From Caecitellus pseudoparvulus (taxonomy: Eukaryota; Protista; Bigyra: Bicosoecida), in assembly GCA_965644315.1 (NCBI GenBank), contig CBFFRQ010000054.1, positions 372,001 to 436,000 of the forward strand: a stretch of 64,000 nt of DNA, read 5' to 3'. The stretch's first letter is position 1. Each line of letters starts with the position of its first letter. The notes under the pieces are model-generated. The model searched no databases and was not told the DNA's origin. It saw only the letters and a program-made list of their open reading frames with translations. Below, in pieces: positions 23,601-33,667 of this stretch. Made by a program: the position numbers and the translations under genes.

Positions 23601-26600
23601 GGCGTGCGGCTGCTGGCAGTGGCGTCCAGCCACTGGATGGCCGACGCAGCGGCCGCCTTTGCCAATGCGGCGGGGTTCCCAGCGCTGCGCCTGGACACCG
23701 CCCCCTCCCCGCCCGGCGTCATGGGCGCCGAGCAAGTGGAGCGCTTCAACTGTGACGCACGGTGGGCGCTGGCCGTCACCACCGTCGCGCCGGTGCTGGG
23801 CATGGGTCCCGAGGGGGCTGCCTGGTCGGGCAAGGCCGTGCTGGGGGCTGGCGCCGCCCGTGGGGACGTCGGGAACGCCGCCCCCCTGCCTTACACTGCG
23901 GGTGCAGCCGTCGTGCTGGACGCCGCCCCCACGCCTGCCTGTGGCGAGGCACTGCGTGGGCTGCTGCAGCGCCTCTCTGCTGCGGGCGTGTCCCAGGTCG
24001 TGCAGCTGGCGACAGCTGGCACGCTGGAGGAGGGTTCCCTGCGCCTGGCGTCAGGGGGCGGCTCGGCTGCCGTGACAGCGGCAGCGCGGGCCCTGGGGTG
24101 GACCAGCGAGGAGGGGGACGACGCGCCGGACTACCCCTGCGACCCGGCCAGCGTGGGTGGGGCGCATGCCCGCCTGCCCCCAGACGCCGAGGTGCAGGGG
24201 CTGCTGCCGTGGCAGTCCCACGTGCGCAGCAAGGCCATGCACGGCACGTCGGCGGTGTGGGCTGGCACCAACACCAGTGCCGGCGGCATGGTGCCGCCGG
24301 CTGTGCTGGCCGGGGACCACCCCCGCAATGTGGGCGTGGGACCACCCTCCCTCCTGCACCGCCCCGCCGAGGCAGACGCGCTGGCGTCGTCTCTCCTCAG
24401 CATGACCCGCGGCCTGCCGCTGCAAGCCCTGCGGGAAGCCCAAGTGCACGCGCTGCTGGCGGGGTGGGTCCTGCGCCCCGCCGCCTCCCAGCCCCTCGTG
24501 GACATCTCTCGCGTCTCCCCGGGCCAGTACGAGGCGGCGCTGGCCACGGCTCGCCGCCCCGCCCCCGCCCTGGCCTGCACCCACCTCCCCGCCACGCTCT
24601 CCCTGCCTGCCCTGGCTGCCAGCATGCGGGAGCAAGTGGGCAGCATACCACCCCCCACCGCGGACAAGGCCCCCCTGGCTCACCTGTGGCCGGCCGCTGC
24701 CTCCCTCATGCGCACGCACCCCGCCCACCTGCCCTCCTGGCAGGCTAAGGTCACCAAGCGGGCACGCCTGGCGCCAGCCCACGCCCCCAGCGCCGGCAAG
24801 CACCTGTGGTACGACGTACCGCGTGTGGTGGGCGGCAGCGGCGCCCTGGCTCGGGGGCCCATGCGGTGGTTGGCGGGGCTGGTGGAGGAGCTGTCCCGCC
24901 ACCAGGACGCAGGGCTGCTGCACACCTCCCACGTGTACGCGCCGCCCCACCCCGAGCAGCGGTCCCTGTACAGCAGTGTCAGCGTGCTGGGCGACAGCGC
25001 TGCCGCGGCTGGCTTGCGCAACCTGCTGCACCAGCTGGAGCAGAGCGCCATGGGGCTGTACCTGCACCCGCTGCATGTGCGCGCAGAGCAGCGCTTCTAC
25101 GGCCCCGCCGCGGCGGTGGGGGCAGGGGGCGGGACCGGCGCCGCACACAGCGTCGCCGCCCTCACCAGCGGCACGTACACCAGCCAGAGCTTCTACGCAC
25201 ACCAGGTGCCACAGCGGCCTCGGCCGGGGGCGGGTGCACCCCCCAACAAGTACGGCGCAGGAGACGGCGCGCTGTTCGACCGCCCCAGCCACAGCTACGG
25301 CTGGAGCTCCTGTGCCGCCACCAGCCTGCGGTGGGACGAGGAGGCGCCCAGCACCCTCACGGACAAGCCAGTCGCACCGGGGTGCCAGCAGCCCTCCCTG
25401 CTGCACCTGCGCTTCGGCGGCTCCGCAGGCAGCGCCAGCCTGACTGACGTGGCGCTGGAGATCAAGCGCCTGGCGTCCATGCGCACAGCCCTGCCTCGCG
25501 TCACGGCCAGCGTGCAGCAGGCAGGAGGGTGGATGCTGGATGGAGGGGAGGAGGAGGGCGGGTGCCCCCCCCCTGCCAAGGTGCCTCGAGGGGGCGTCCT
25601 GCCGCCCCTCGAGGCGACAGTCGGCGGCCTGCCCACCCGCACCCCGGCTGCCGTCGTGCCACGCCCTCGTAAGCGCCGCCTGGCGCCGCCCTCCGCCGTC
25701 GGGGTGGACTCCTGGGCTGACATGCAGCTGGGCGCGTCCCCGCCCAAGGTGCAGGCCGTGGCGGTGCGCGCCCCCCCCAACGCAGCAGCTGCAGGCGCTG
25801 CCACCAGGGCAGACGCCTTGGTGGCGGCGCCCCTGCGCAAGCGTATGGTGCGGGGCAGCCTGGGCATCGACACGCGCGCTGGCGGCGTGACGCCCCTGCC
25901 TGCCTCCTCCCGCTCCGACTGGGCGCAGTGGGAGGACGCGCTGCTGCTGCAGGTGGTGCGGGAGTTCGGCTCCAACTGGGACCTGGTGCGGGGCGTCATG
26001 GCGGAGCACCCTGCGGCAGTGGCCCACGGCGGTCGGGCAGCTCGGGCCCCCCGCCTGCTGTACGAGCGCCACCGCCGGCTGACCATGGGCGCCGTGGCAG
26101 CGGGGCGCAGCCTGGCCATCGCCAAGCGCGCCAAGAGCCTCAGCGGCAGCCTGGGCACGGCGTACGCGCAGTACGGCGGGGATGTGTCCAGCCTGGGCCG
26201 CGCGCAGTTGCTGTGGGGGGGCAAGCAGCTGGGGCTGTGGCCCCGCCGCCCCGGCTTTGCCCTGGCCCGCACGGTGGCCGACCACGGCTCCGCCCTCGCC
26301 ACGGCCATGCGGGAGGAGAAGCAGATCCCCAGCGTCGTGTCTCGGGACGCCACCGACGCCACGCGACAGGCACACGCGTCCCACGAAGCCAGCGTCGCCG
26401 CCGCCGCCCTGCGCCCCGAGGGGGCCGACGCCGCCGCCCCCACCGGCATCGCGGACGCCTTCTTCAAGGCTGGCGCCGCCTCCCTGCACGGCCGTCTGCG
26501 CGTGGAGCCGTTCCGGGAGTCCAGTCCCTACGTCCTGCAGCACGCCGAGGCGCAGCGCACAAGCGGCGCTGCCGGGGCGAGCGGGGCGGCGTATGCCCCA

Positions 26601-27014
26601 CCCGCCCCTCAGGCCCAGCAGACCTCGGCAGGGCCGCCTGTCACGGGCACCACGACCTCGCGCCGCCTGAAGCTGCGCACGGCTGGCGCAGAGGCCCAAG
26701 CGCCTGCCCCTGCCTCTGCGCCGCCCCCAGCAGCCACTGTGCCGCCGCCACCCGTGGCAGCGCCCCCCCCCGCTGTGCAGCCGCCAGTGCACCCCACCCC
26801 TGCCGCGCCCGTGGCGGGTGCCGCCCCCATGGCAGGCATGGCAGCTATGCTGGGAGGCGGCGGCTCTGCAGACCAGTCCTGGCTCAACGAGGTGGCGCAG
26901 CGCCCCGAGGTGCGCCAGGAGATCAACCGCATCCTGTCCTCGGACGACGGCGACCCCAACGCCAAGGTCACCGCCATCGCCGACTTGCTGCGGCGGTACC
27001 AGCGCGAGACGTGA
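20673..27014 (+). CDS. EP400/Domino/SWR1(PIE1)-like chromatin protein: HSA, degenerate SNF2 ATPase, SANT/Myb; 5' end unresolved (probable upstream exons at 20.1-20.8 kb)
   Basis: HSA: RKCHWDYVLEEGQWLATDMHQEHRWH. SNF2 remnant: LRPYQRVGLQWL...LGDERGLGKR. HELICc remnants: SAKFRVLHQLL, LRLD, VERFNCD, GTLEE. SANT: DWAQWEDALLLQVVREFGSNWDLV. Confidence 0.8.
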   Translation: MRTRSLPPTCQLLSSTCLPAASAVVARLAPACRRPRCRVLESAVAEAQGRVTPAVGKHDHHPRGADASLPPAAPPMQPPMPPLSMCLHPLLKAAQEVRARVRQKSEAMRALQQLRNSSGMQAVGAALPEPVRRKCHWDYVLEEGQWLATDMHQEHRWHLLALRQVAAAAAAAARRRQARLGAKKAKVAAAAASCKPAPLWAFPHLPAPPMTPGTPTTAQPWQWQYLPLAGLCREANVVSQVLLGPDKYPHLPPSTQEAPRLPQQVAPLRFPGQEAHAQSAAATSMLRAAMASVAKFVLPPPLRAALRPYQRVGLQWLLAHAARGCGAVLGDERGLGKRAVAVAAIGCMVVGMATPSCLPPCLVPPPPPRVKAKAQHALPVLVLVPDTLVPHWRAEFRRWWPALRVGLTSPPPRSGVDVQLLAVSEAEAALREAGKKAASPWSMVVVDATVGVPTAASTALLHVGSGEETPLEPSPATAHGDGQELPWEALAKLPTCHRLLVTNRLLPTEAPLVHQVAAFVCPRSFAEHSQTPPEAVLEAMAESGVKASAPRVADEGDAPAPATPEAPTEPVDLTGDGAAVRDALLCFFLRRQVQDEAIPPQLPTLWCRTLLLQPTPAQRRVYASLCDVQAVSTDVHAACGLDPDMSPLLRRMALLHAAAQHAAGPSCLAEGASSSLWAALDPTCRPQGRHTPLHGTAQPLATCAATALVAAHRPSRWLLRQGEGGLGLLQGRRAVDFVDGGAAGQAWGGWGLAAVLAAPWGEPAPDNLAFTSEASGRGRGRSRQSPLPPAEPGSAARAVNVHRLAVGQGGGALRWAAQHSLPLATPLRLTLHRCHTRGVLPLTATASERAVDVAGVLGVLGRGGLWGWSAPATSVEVQVQTRQVQCLPAVPAPLACGPLAGHTVQWDLLPHAVPTAWVPGKGKAAPPTADTITSPRGTVSPSPSPALRPPSSLATWTAGSAKFRVLHQLLHEAVSLGVRLLAVASSHWMADAAAAFANAAGFPALRLDTAPSPPGVMGAEQVERFNCDARWALAVTTVAPVLGMGPEGAAWSGKAVLGAGAARGDVGNAAPLPYTAGAAVVLDAAPTPACGEALRGLLQRLSAAGVSQVVQLATAGTLEEGSLRLASGGGSAAVTAAARALGWTSEEGDDAPDYPCDPASVGGAHARLPPDAEVQGLLPWQSHVRSKAMHGTSAVWAGTNTSAGGMVPPAVLAGDHPRNVGVGPPSLLHRPAEADALASSLLSMTRGLPLQALREAQVHALLAGWVLRPAASQPLVDISRVSPGQYEAALATARRPAPALACTHLPATLSLPALAASMREQVGSIPPPTADKAPLAHLWPAAASLMRTHPAHLPSWQAKVTKRARLAPAHAPSAGKHLWYDVPRVVGGSGALARGPMRWLAGLVEELSRHQDAGLLHTSHVYAPPHPEQRSLYSSVSVLGDSAAAAGLRNLLHQLEQSAMGLYLHPLHVRAEQRFYGPAAAVGAGGGTGAAHSVAALTSGTYTSQSFYAHQVPQRPRPGAGAPPNKYGAGDGALFDRPSHSYGWSSCAATSLRWDEEAPSTLTDKPVAPGCQQPSLLHLRFGGSAGSASLTDVALEIKRLASMRTALPRVTASVQQAGGWMLDGGEEEGGCPPPAKVPRGGVLPPLEATVGGLPTRTPAAVVPRPRKRRLAPPSAVGVDSWADMQLGASPPKVQAVAVRAPPNAAAAGAATRADALVAAPLRKRMVRGSLGIDTRAGGVTPLPASSRSDWAQWEDALLLQVVREFGSNWDLVRGVMAEHPAAVAHGGRAARAPRLLYERHRRLTMGAVAAGRSLAIAKRAKSLSGSLGTAYAQYGGDVSSLGRAQLLWGGKQLGLWPRRPGFALARTVADHGSALATAMREEKQIPSVVSRDATDATRQAHASHEASVAAAALRPEGADAAAPTGIADAFFKAGAASLHGRLRVEPFRESSPYVLQHAEAQRTSGAAGASGAAYAPPAPQAQQTSAGPPVTGTTTSRRLKLRTAGAEAQAPAPASAPPPAATVPPPPVAAPPPAVQPPVHPTPAAPVAGAAPMAGMAAMLGGGGSADQSWLNEVAQRPEVRQEINRILSSDDGDPNAKVTAIADLLRRYQRET

Positions 27015-27090
27015 CGCAGTGCCAGCGCGCTGGGCACGTCCCACCCCCTCACAATGCATTGCTAGCGCAGGCGCTGACCGTGTGCCACGC

Positions 27091-28832
27091 TCACGCAGAC
27101 GCTGCCAGGGCAGCCTGCCGCACCGCCTCGGCCAGCGCATCCGCTGCCTCCTGGCTGGCTGCCTCAGCGTACACACGCACGACATTCTCCGTGCCGCTGG
27201 GCCGCACAAACGCCCGCGCACTGGGGCCAGCCGCCGCCACCGCCTCGTCTATGGCGGCCTGCAGCGCTGCCGGCTGCTCCAGCCGCGTCTCGGAGGCGTT
27301 GGGCACGAACAGGGAGCGGTCGGGCACCGCCGCCTTGAGCTGGCGCGAGGGCAGGTCGTCGTACAGGCCGTCCCACTCCTGCAGTGTCCAGCCCTGCAGC
27401 ATGAGCACCGCCTCGCAGAACAGGGCGTCTGACACGGCGTCGCCGACGGCCTGGTTGATGAGGCGTGAGGCAGCCAGCAGGCGCCGCGCCGCAGCGCGTG
27501 CTTTGGGCGGCGCTGCTTCGTCTTCCGCCACAGCAGTTAGGCGGGCCAGCACCGCCGGCGTGAACAGCACCGTCCCATGTCCGTTGGCCTCGAAGTACAC
27601 GCCGATGTCAAAGGCCGTGGCGGCGTGGTGCACGTACTTCACGCCGGTCTTGGCCAGCACCACGGGCAGGCCCAGCGTCTTCGTGATGTACGCGGTGCTG
27701 GCTCCATTGGCGTAGGCAGTCTGCACCACGCCCACGTTCACAGCGCCCTCCTCCGCCTGGCCCTGCCCCGGCGTGGCGCAGGGCCACCCCAGGTCCTTCA
27801 GCTGGCTCTGCAGGAACACACTGGCCAGAACAGCGATGGCGTCGCCGTCCAGCAGCGTCCACGTGTCGCCCTTGTAGTAGTGGAACACCACTCGATCAGC
27901 GTCGCCATCCAAGGACGCAGCTGGGCCAGGCGTCACGTCCGTGAACCCTCGTGGGGGCAGGCGCTGCTTCTGTGCGTACTCAGCGCCCGCTGCGTCGTTC
28001 AACAGGGCAGCGTCGCTGCCCTCTGGCGAGTTCACCACCTTCAACTGCACTGGCTGGGGCAGGAGGGGTGCCAGGGCGCTCACAGTCGTCGCACCCACCC
28101 CGTGTGCGCAGTCCACAGCCAGGGCGGGGCGTGGGCCCATGTCCGCCCCCTCCGCCAGCAGGTCTGTCAGCGCCTGGGCCATGAAGGCGTAGTAGCCCTG
28201 CACGCTGGCAGAGGCGTGCAGCGTGGCGTCCGTCGCGTTGGTGGCGCGGACGACGTGGTGCACGACTGGCGTGGGCACGACGCCGATGTCACGGACTGCC
28301 ACGCCCACCAGCGCGACACCAGCGACCACCAGGTCCCGCAGAGCAGGACTGGAGGGGCGTGTGTCGCGCCCCACGACCACGCTGGCGCCACTGCCCTCCT
28401 GCACAGCGGCGGCGGGGGCCAGGGCTGCCAGGGCGGCGGCGGCGTCGTCAGGCGACGCGTTGGCGATGGCGCCGGCATGCACCTCCCACTCTGCAGCAAG
28501 CATGCCGCCATCTGCGTCTACCAACTTCATCCCGTTGTCCTTCACGGGGTTGTGAGATGCCGTGATCATCACGCCCACGGCCTGCGAAGTGGCGTGGTGG
28601 GCGCATGCTCTGCACCAGTGGCCAGGGCTCCAGGCCGACACACCTTGCCCGTCACCTGCGCCCGCAGCGCAGCCAACACGCCCATGCGCAGGCAGACGGC
28701 ATCCAGCAGCCCAGCTTGCATGCGGAACCCTGCCGTGCCGTAGGCGTACTTTGTGCCTGCCGGGGGAGGGGTCTCCTTGAACGCTGCACTCGCAGAAGCC
28801 TGCCAGGCAGGCGCAGCTTGCTCGGCGGCCAT
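27091..28832 (-). CDS. PGM3: Phosphoacetylglucosamine mutase; intron 28582-28643
   Basis: YGTAGFR, VMITASHNPVKDNG (phospho-Ser loop), SLDGDADR (metal), VQTAYANGAS, YFEANGHG, FVRPSGTENVVRVYAE. Confidence 0.95.
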
Positions 28833-29222
28833 GGCAGCCGCTGCCCAGGAGGACGAAAGGAGAGAGAAGCAACGAGAGGAAACCTTGGACGATGTTCGGG
28901 GCGTGACTGTGCGTTTTGTCTGTTTTGGCGGCTGGGTGGCGGCGGCAGGGGCTCAGCAGGCGAGGGGACGCGCGGAATTTGATGCAGCCAACAATTCTCA
29001 CGCCCCAACACACTCGAAAACCGCCCATTGACGTACACTTTCAAATATTTTCGCCAACACAATAAAAGAAGCGTGTGTTGCGCTTCCGCTTGCCGCCTCG
29101 CTTCGTCGCTGCGCCTTGTGCAGCGGACGGGTATGTGGCATGCCCGCAGGCTGCCCTTTCTCGGCGCAGCGACAGCAACAGCAGCGGCGGCGCGATCTGT
29201 GAGGCAACTGCGACTTGCTACA

Positions 29223-30219
29223 ATGGGGGCTTCGCAGTCCCTGCCCAAGGTGGCCTCCAGCTCGCTTGCGACGCCCCTGGACGCCGAGCCCCACCTGCTG
29301 CAAGTGTACGTGCCTGGCTTGCGCACAAGCTGCCTGACTGCCACAGCGCACTGCTTCCCTTGCCCCCGCCACCAGAGACGGTCTGCGTGTCGGCATCACT
29401 GACTCCATGCCAGAGGGGGGCGAGGAAGCCACGATCCTGGCTGTGCACGGCTCCCCCGGCAGTGTGCGTGACTGGCGGTACCTGGCGGGGGCCCTGGCGG
29501 AGCGTGCGCCCACTCTGCGCCTGCTCCGAGTGGACCTACCAGGATACGCCAGCAGCTCAGACGAGGCCCTGCATGCTGCGCTGAGCGGCCGGGAAGACTG
29601 GGCCCCCCTCCTCCGCGCCATTGCAGCTCAGGTGGGCGTGCAGACCCCCCTGGTGGTGCTGGGGCACAGCAGTGGTGCGCATGTAGCTCTCAGCTTCGCG
29701 GCAGGGGCAGGGGCGGGGAAAGGCCTGCCTGGTGCTGCAGGGCTGGCCCTGGTAAACCCCATCGGCCTGAGCCCCCACAAGGGCATCTCGCCCTTCTGGC
29801 TGGTCCAAGCCTTGGGCTGGCCGCTCACGTGGACCTGGGCCAAGCAGGCATGGGCGGCAGGCGTGCTGCACCCCCTGTACACCAGCGTGCTCGGCTTCTC
29901 GCCCCGCACGTCAGTGGCGGACGTCAGCTTGAGCCACCGCCGCACGATGCACCTGGACTTTCCCGCAGCCAACGCCGCTGCAGCGACTGTGGCCGACGAG
30001 GGTGTGCCCACCCTGGTGGCATGGACGGCTGACGACAACTTGGTGCAGGAGAGCATCAGCACTCGCCTGGCGCGAGCGCTGCCACACGGGCCCAGACTGG
30101 CCTTCCCCTCAGGCGGCCACCATGCGCAGAAGTTCCACGCTCACGACATTGCTGACGCACTCGCTGCACTTGTGCGAGACTACATCCTCGCCAGCGACAG
30201 CGATGAGGCAGAGGGATGA
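29223..30219 (+). CDS. Alpha/beta hydrolase (DUF1057-like), possibly N-myristoylated; one probable intron at ~29305-29375
   Basis: ILAVHGSPGSVRDWRY oxyanion motif, GHSSG nucleophile elbow, DDNLV, GGHH; predicted first exon MGASQSLPKV... Confidence 0.75.
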
Positions 30220-30316
30220 GGCCTGCAGGGGGTGCCGTCTGGCCCTGCCTCGTGAGTGGGTGGTGCATTGGGACAGCGGGTGCGGCCAGGTGCCGCTGGC
30301 TGTGTTGACACGCCCA

Positions 30317-31659
30317 TCACACCTTGCCAGCCAGCACGGCGGTCTCGTACGGCGTGAAGGCTGGGATGCCGGTGATGCAGCGGCCCAGGATCAGCGCATG
30401 CACGTCGTGTGTGCCTTCGTACGTGTTCACCGCCTCCAAATTCAACACGTGGCGGATGACGCCGTACTCGTCCGAGATGCCGTTGCCGCCCAGCATGTCA
30501 CGTGCCTCCCGGGCAATGGCCAGCGCCTTCCCGCAGTTGTTGCGCTTGACGACGCTGATCATCTCGGGGGGTGCGTTGCCCGTCTCGCGCTGGCGGGCCA
30601 CCTGGATGGCGCCCAGCGTCCCCAGGCTGATGTCTGTCGCCATGTCCGCCAGCTTCTTCTGGATGAGCTGGTTGGCGGCCAGCGGCGCGCCGAACTGGTG
30701 CCGCTCCATCGTGTACTGCCGCGCAGTGGCGTAGCAGTACTCGGCAGCGCCCAGAGACCCAAAGGCGATGCCCAGGCGCGCTGAGTTCAGGCACGAGAAA
30801 GGCCCGGTGAAGCCCTTGGCCTTGGGCAGCATGGCCGACGCCGGCACCTTGACGTCGTCGCAGAAAATCATGCCTGTGGGGCTGGCACGCAGGCTGAACT
30901 TGCCCTCGATGCGGGGGGCCGTCAACCCGGGCGTGTCCTTGTCCACGACGAACCCTCGCAGGGTGCCGTCCTCCGTGCGTGCCCAAATGACGAACACGTC
31001 GGCGATGGGGCTGTTGGTGATCCAGTTCTTGCTGCCGTTCAAGATCCAGTCACCCCCTGGCCCTTGCTTGGCTGTCGTGAGCATGCCCCCCGGGTCGCTG
31101 CCGTGGTTGGGCTCCGTCAACCCGAAGCAGCCCACGAGGTCGCCGCTGGCCAGGCCGGGCAAGTACCTCTCCTTCTGCTCCTCCGAGCCGAAGGTGTTGA
31201 TGGGGTGCATCACCAAGCTGGACTGCACGCTCATCGCAGAGCGGTAGGCAGAGTCCACCCGCTCCACCTCCCGCGCCACCATGCCGTAGCTGACGATGGA
31301 AGCGCCGACACACCCGTACCCCTCGATGGTCACGCCGAGCAGCCCCAGGGACCCCATTTCGCGGAAAATCTCCCTGTCGAACTTCTCGTGGCGGTGCCCC
31401 TCCAAAGCACGCGGCAACAGCTTCTCTTGGCAGTATGTGTGGGCCGTTGACTGTGCAGGTTGGCGCGGGAAGCGTGACACGGGCGAAGCGCGGAAATTGC
31501 ATGCTCCACACTCACCTCAATCATTCGCTCTTCCTCTGTCAGCAGGGAGTGCCACTGCAGAGGGTCATCCCACTGCAGCTGGTTGCTAGACATGCACCGC
31601 ACACCAGGCACCCCTCGGCGGGCAGCTGCTGCCGCCACTGCGCTTGCGCGGGCCAACAT
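30317..31659 (-). CDS. GCDH: Mitochondrial glutaryl-CoA dehydrogenase; intron 31451-31515
   Basis: Presequence [21 protein letters not shown]...[76 protein letters not shown]. Confidence 0.95.
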
Positions 31660-31849
31660 GCTGGGCGGGTGCGTCACAGGTGAAGTGAACTGCTACGAAT
31701 TCGCCCCACGAGACAACCCGGGAGACTGGCAACGCATGCAGTGTACAAATGCAAGGACAGGGGGTTCAACTAATTCATTGTTCGTGTGGGCAGATTTGAC
31801 GAGCGAGTACAAGTGGCGGCCGATCCCAAACGCCAAAAGCTGCGCCGCT

Positions 31850-33667
31850 TCACTCAGAAGCTTGGCTGCGTTGCTTGTTGCGGTTCCTGCGCTGCCGACG
31901 GGGCTTGTCAGCACCTGCAACAGACACATCCGACTTGGCTGCCGCCGTCTTGGCGCCGCCCTTCTGACCAGACCCGCCGCTGGCTGCTGCCGCCTTGGCG
32001 CCGCCCTTCTGACCAGACCCGCCGCTGGCTGCTGCTGTCTTGGCGCCGCCCTTCTGACCAGACCCGCCGCTGGCTGCTGCCGTCTTGGCGCCGCCCTTCT
32101 GACCAGACCCGCCGCTGGCTGCTGCCGCCTTGGCGCCGCCCTTCTGACCAGACCCGCCGCTGGCTGCTGCTGCCTTGGCGCCGCCCTTCTGACCAGACCC
32201 GCCGCTGGCTGCTGCTGTCTTGGCGCCGCCCTTCTGACCAGACCCGCCGCTGGCTGCTGCTGCCTTGGCGCCGCCCTTCTGACCAGACCCGCCGCCGGCT
32301 GCTGCCGTCTTGGCGCCGCCCTTCTGGCCAGACCCGCCGCTGGCTGCTGCCGTCTTGGCGCCGCCCTTCTGGCCAGACCCGCCGCTGGCTGCTGCCGCCT
32401 TGGCGCCGCCCTTCTGGCCAGACCCGCCGCTGGCTGCTTGCGAAGACCTCTGGCCACGCTGACTTGTGCCAGCGGGCTTCCTCTCCTGAGCTGAAGGTGA
32501 CTGGGCAGGACGGGTGACCTGCAAGTTGCCTCGACGACTGCCAGCCGTGCTGGCGGGCTGCTTGGACCTGCCCTGGCTGGCAGGCGCCTCAGATCCACCC
32601 CTCCGGCCACGGCCATACCGTTGCCGTGGTTGGGGAGCTGCATCCCCGTACGCGACATCAACCTTCTGCAGCTCACGGGACAACTCCGACACCTCTTGTG
32701 CCAGCTCATCCGCCTGGAAGAGACTCTCCATGTGTGCTTCATACAGCATGCATGCGGTGTCCACAGCACCCTTCCGCCCCAGCATGACGATGTCCAGGGG
32801 GTCTGACGGGCCGGAGCTGCGCACAGGCGCATCACCAGGCCTGGGCAGGGGCGCCCCACGGGGAACGATGTCGATCTGCATCACCTGGGACCGAGACTGG
32901 ATATCACGGATGGTGGAGCCGCCTGCACCCACCACAAATCCAACCTGGGAGCCCACAATGGGGATGCGCTCCACGACAAAGTTCATGTCTGCCTTGGCAG
33001 CCGCCACTGCCCCCGGCGTGCCCTTGATGCGCACAGTGCAGGTGTCCTTGTCAATCACCACACGCTCGATGCCGTCCATGCCCTCCAGGCGGGCAATGTT
33101 CGCGCCGCCCTTGCCAATGACCAGGCCCAGAGCCTCCCGAGGCACCTTGAACTCAGCACGGCGACCCTGGCGCACTTCCTCCTCCACAGACGCCATCTCA
33201 GAAACCAGCCGCTCCTTCAAACGGCGCTGCTCGTGCAGGGCAATCTCTTGCTGCAGACGGAACTCAAGCAGTGCCCGTCCAGCACGCAGAGTGTCCATGT
33301 CCGAGGCTGACACGACGAACTGTGCCTTGCCCTGCCGAAGCACCACGCACTCAACGGACTCCACGCCAGCCTTCTCCCGCACGACATCAGCGAAGCTCCT
33401 CCCGCTCTCCGACATGCTCCAGTCAAACATCTCACGTGGAATGTCCACAGACGCGCTTCGGTGCCCTCGCTGTGCCCTGCCACCACCGCGAGGGGCAGAA
33501 CTTGCAGCGACTGCCTTCCCTCGCCCCTTACCACCAGCACTTCTGCTGTCCTTCCCACCCCGGGATGGGGATGGCGCACCCGCGCTGGGGACCTTCTCAG
33601 CTGGTGCAGTCTGCTTCTTACCGGACCTGCGTCCGCGTCGGGGTCCGGGCGAGCCTGAATCTGCCAT
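31850..33667 (-). CDS. FMR1/FXR-like KH RNA-binding protein (KH0-KH1-KH2-NES-like helix-RGG) with a repetitive C-terminal tail
   Basis: KH1 AEFKVPREALGLVIGKGGANIARLEGMDGIERVVIDKDTCTVRIKG and KH2 QVGFVVGAGGSTIRDIQSRSQV, followed by PLDIVMLGRKGAVDTACMLYEAHMESLFQADELAQEVSELSRELQKV and RYGRGRRGG. Intronless. Confidence 0.75.
   Translation of the reverse strand: MADSGSPGPRRGRRSGKKQTAPAEKVPSAGAPSPSRGGKDSRSAGGKGRGKAVAASSAPRGGGRAQRGHRSASVDIPREMFDWSMSESGRSFADVVREKAGVESVECVVLRQGKAQFVVSASDMDTLRAGRALLEFRLQQEIALHEQRRLKERLVSEMASVEEEVRQGRRAEFKVPREALGLVIGKGGANIARLEGMDGIERVVIDKDTCTVRIKGTPGAVAAAKADMNFVVERIPIVGSQVGFVVGAGGSTIRDIQSRSQVMQIDIVPRGAPLPRPGDAPVRSSGPSDPLDIVMLGRKGAVDTACMLYEAHMESLFQADELAQEVSELSRELQKVDVAYGDAAPQPRQRYGRGRRGGSEAPASQGRSKQPASTAGSRRGNLQVTRPAQSPSAQERKPAGTSQRGQRSSQAASGGSGQKGGAKAAAASGGSGQKGGAKTAAASGGSGQKGGAKTAAAGGGSGQKGGAKAAAASGGSGQKGGAKTAAASGGSGQKGGAKAAAASGGSGQKGGAKAAAASGGSGQKGGAKTAAASGGSGQKGGAKTAAASGGSGQKGGAKAAAASGGSGQKGGAKTAAAKSDVSVAGADKPRRQRRNRNKQRSQASE
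31937..32431 (-). repeat. Coding minisatellite, 11 x 45 nt (SGGSGQKGGAK[A/T]AAA)
   Basis: Counted from the translation; near-identical 45-nt units are directly visible. Confidence 0.95.

Noticed and set aside
24051-27221. Long antisense ORFs (1056 aa here; also 45941..48211, 14961..16406, 34358..35293)
   Set aside because: Expected shadow ORFs opposite GC-rich coding sequence; no domain motifs.
31937-32431. Possible CRISPR-like array
   Set aside because: Units are contiguous with no unique spacers, in frame within a eukaryotic CDS, and there are no cas genes.
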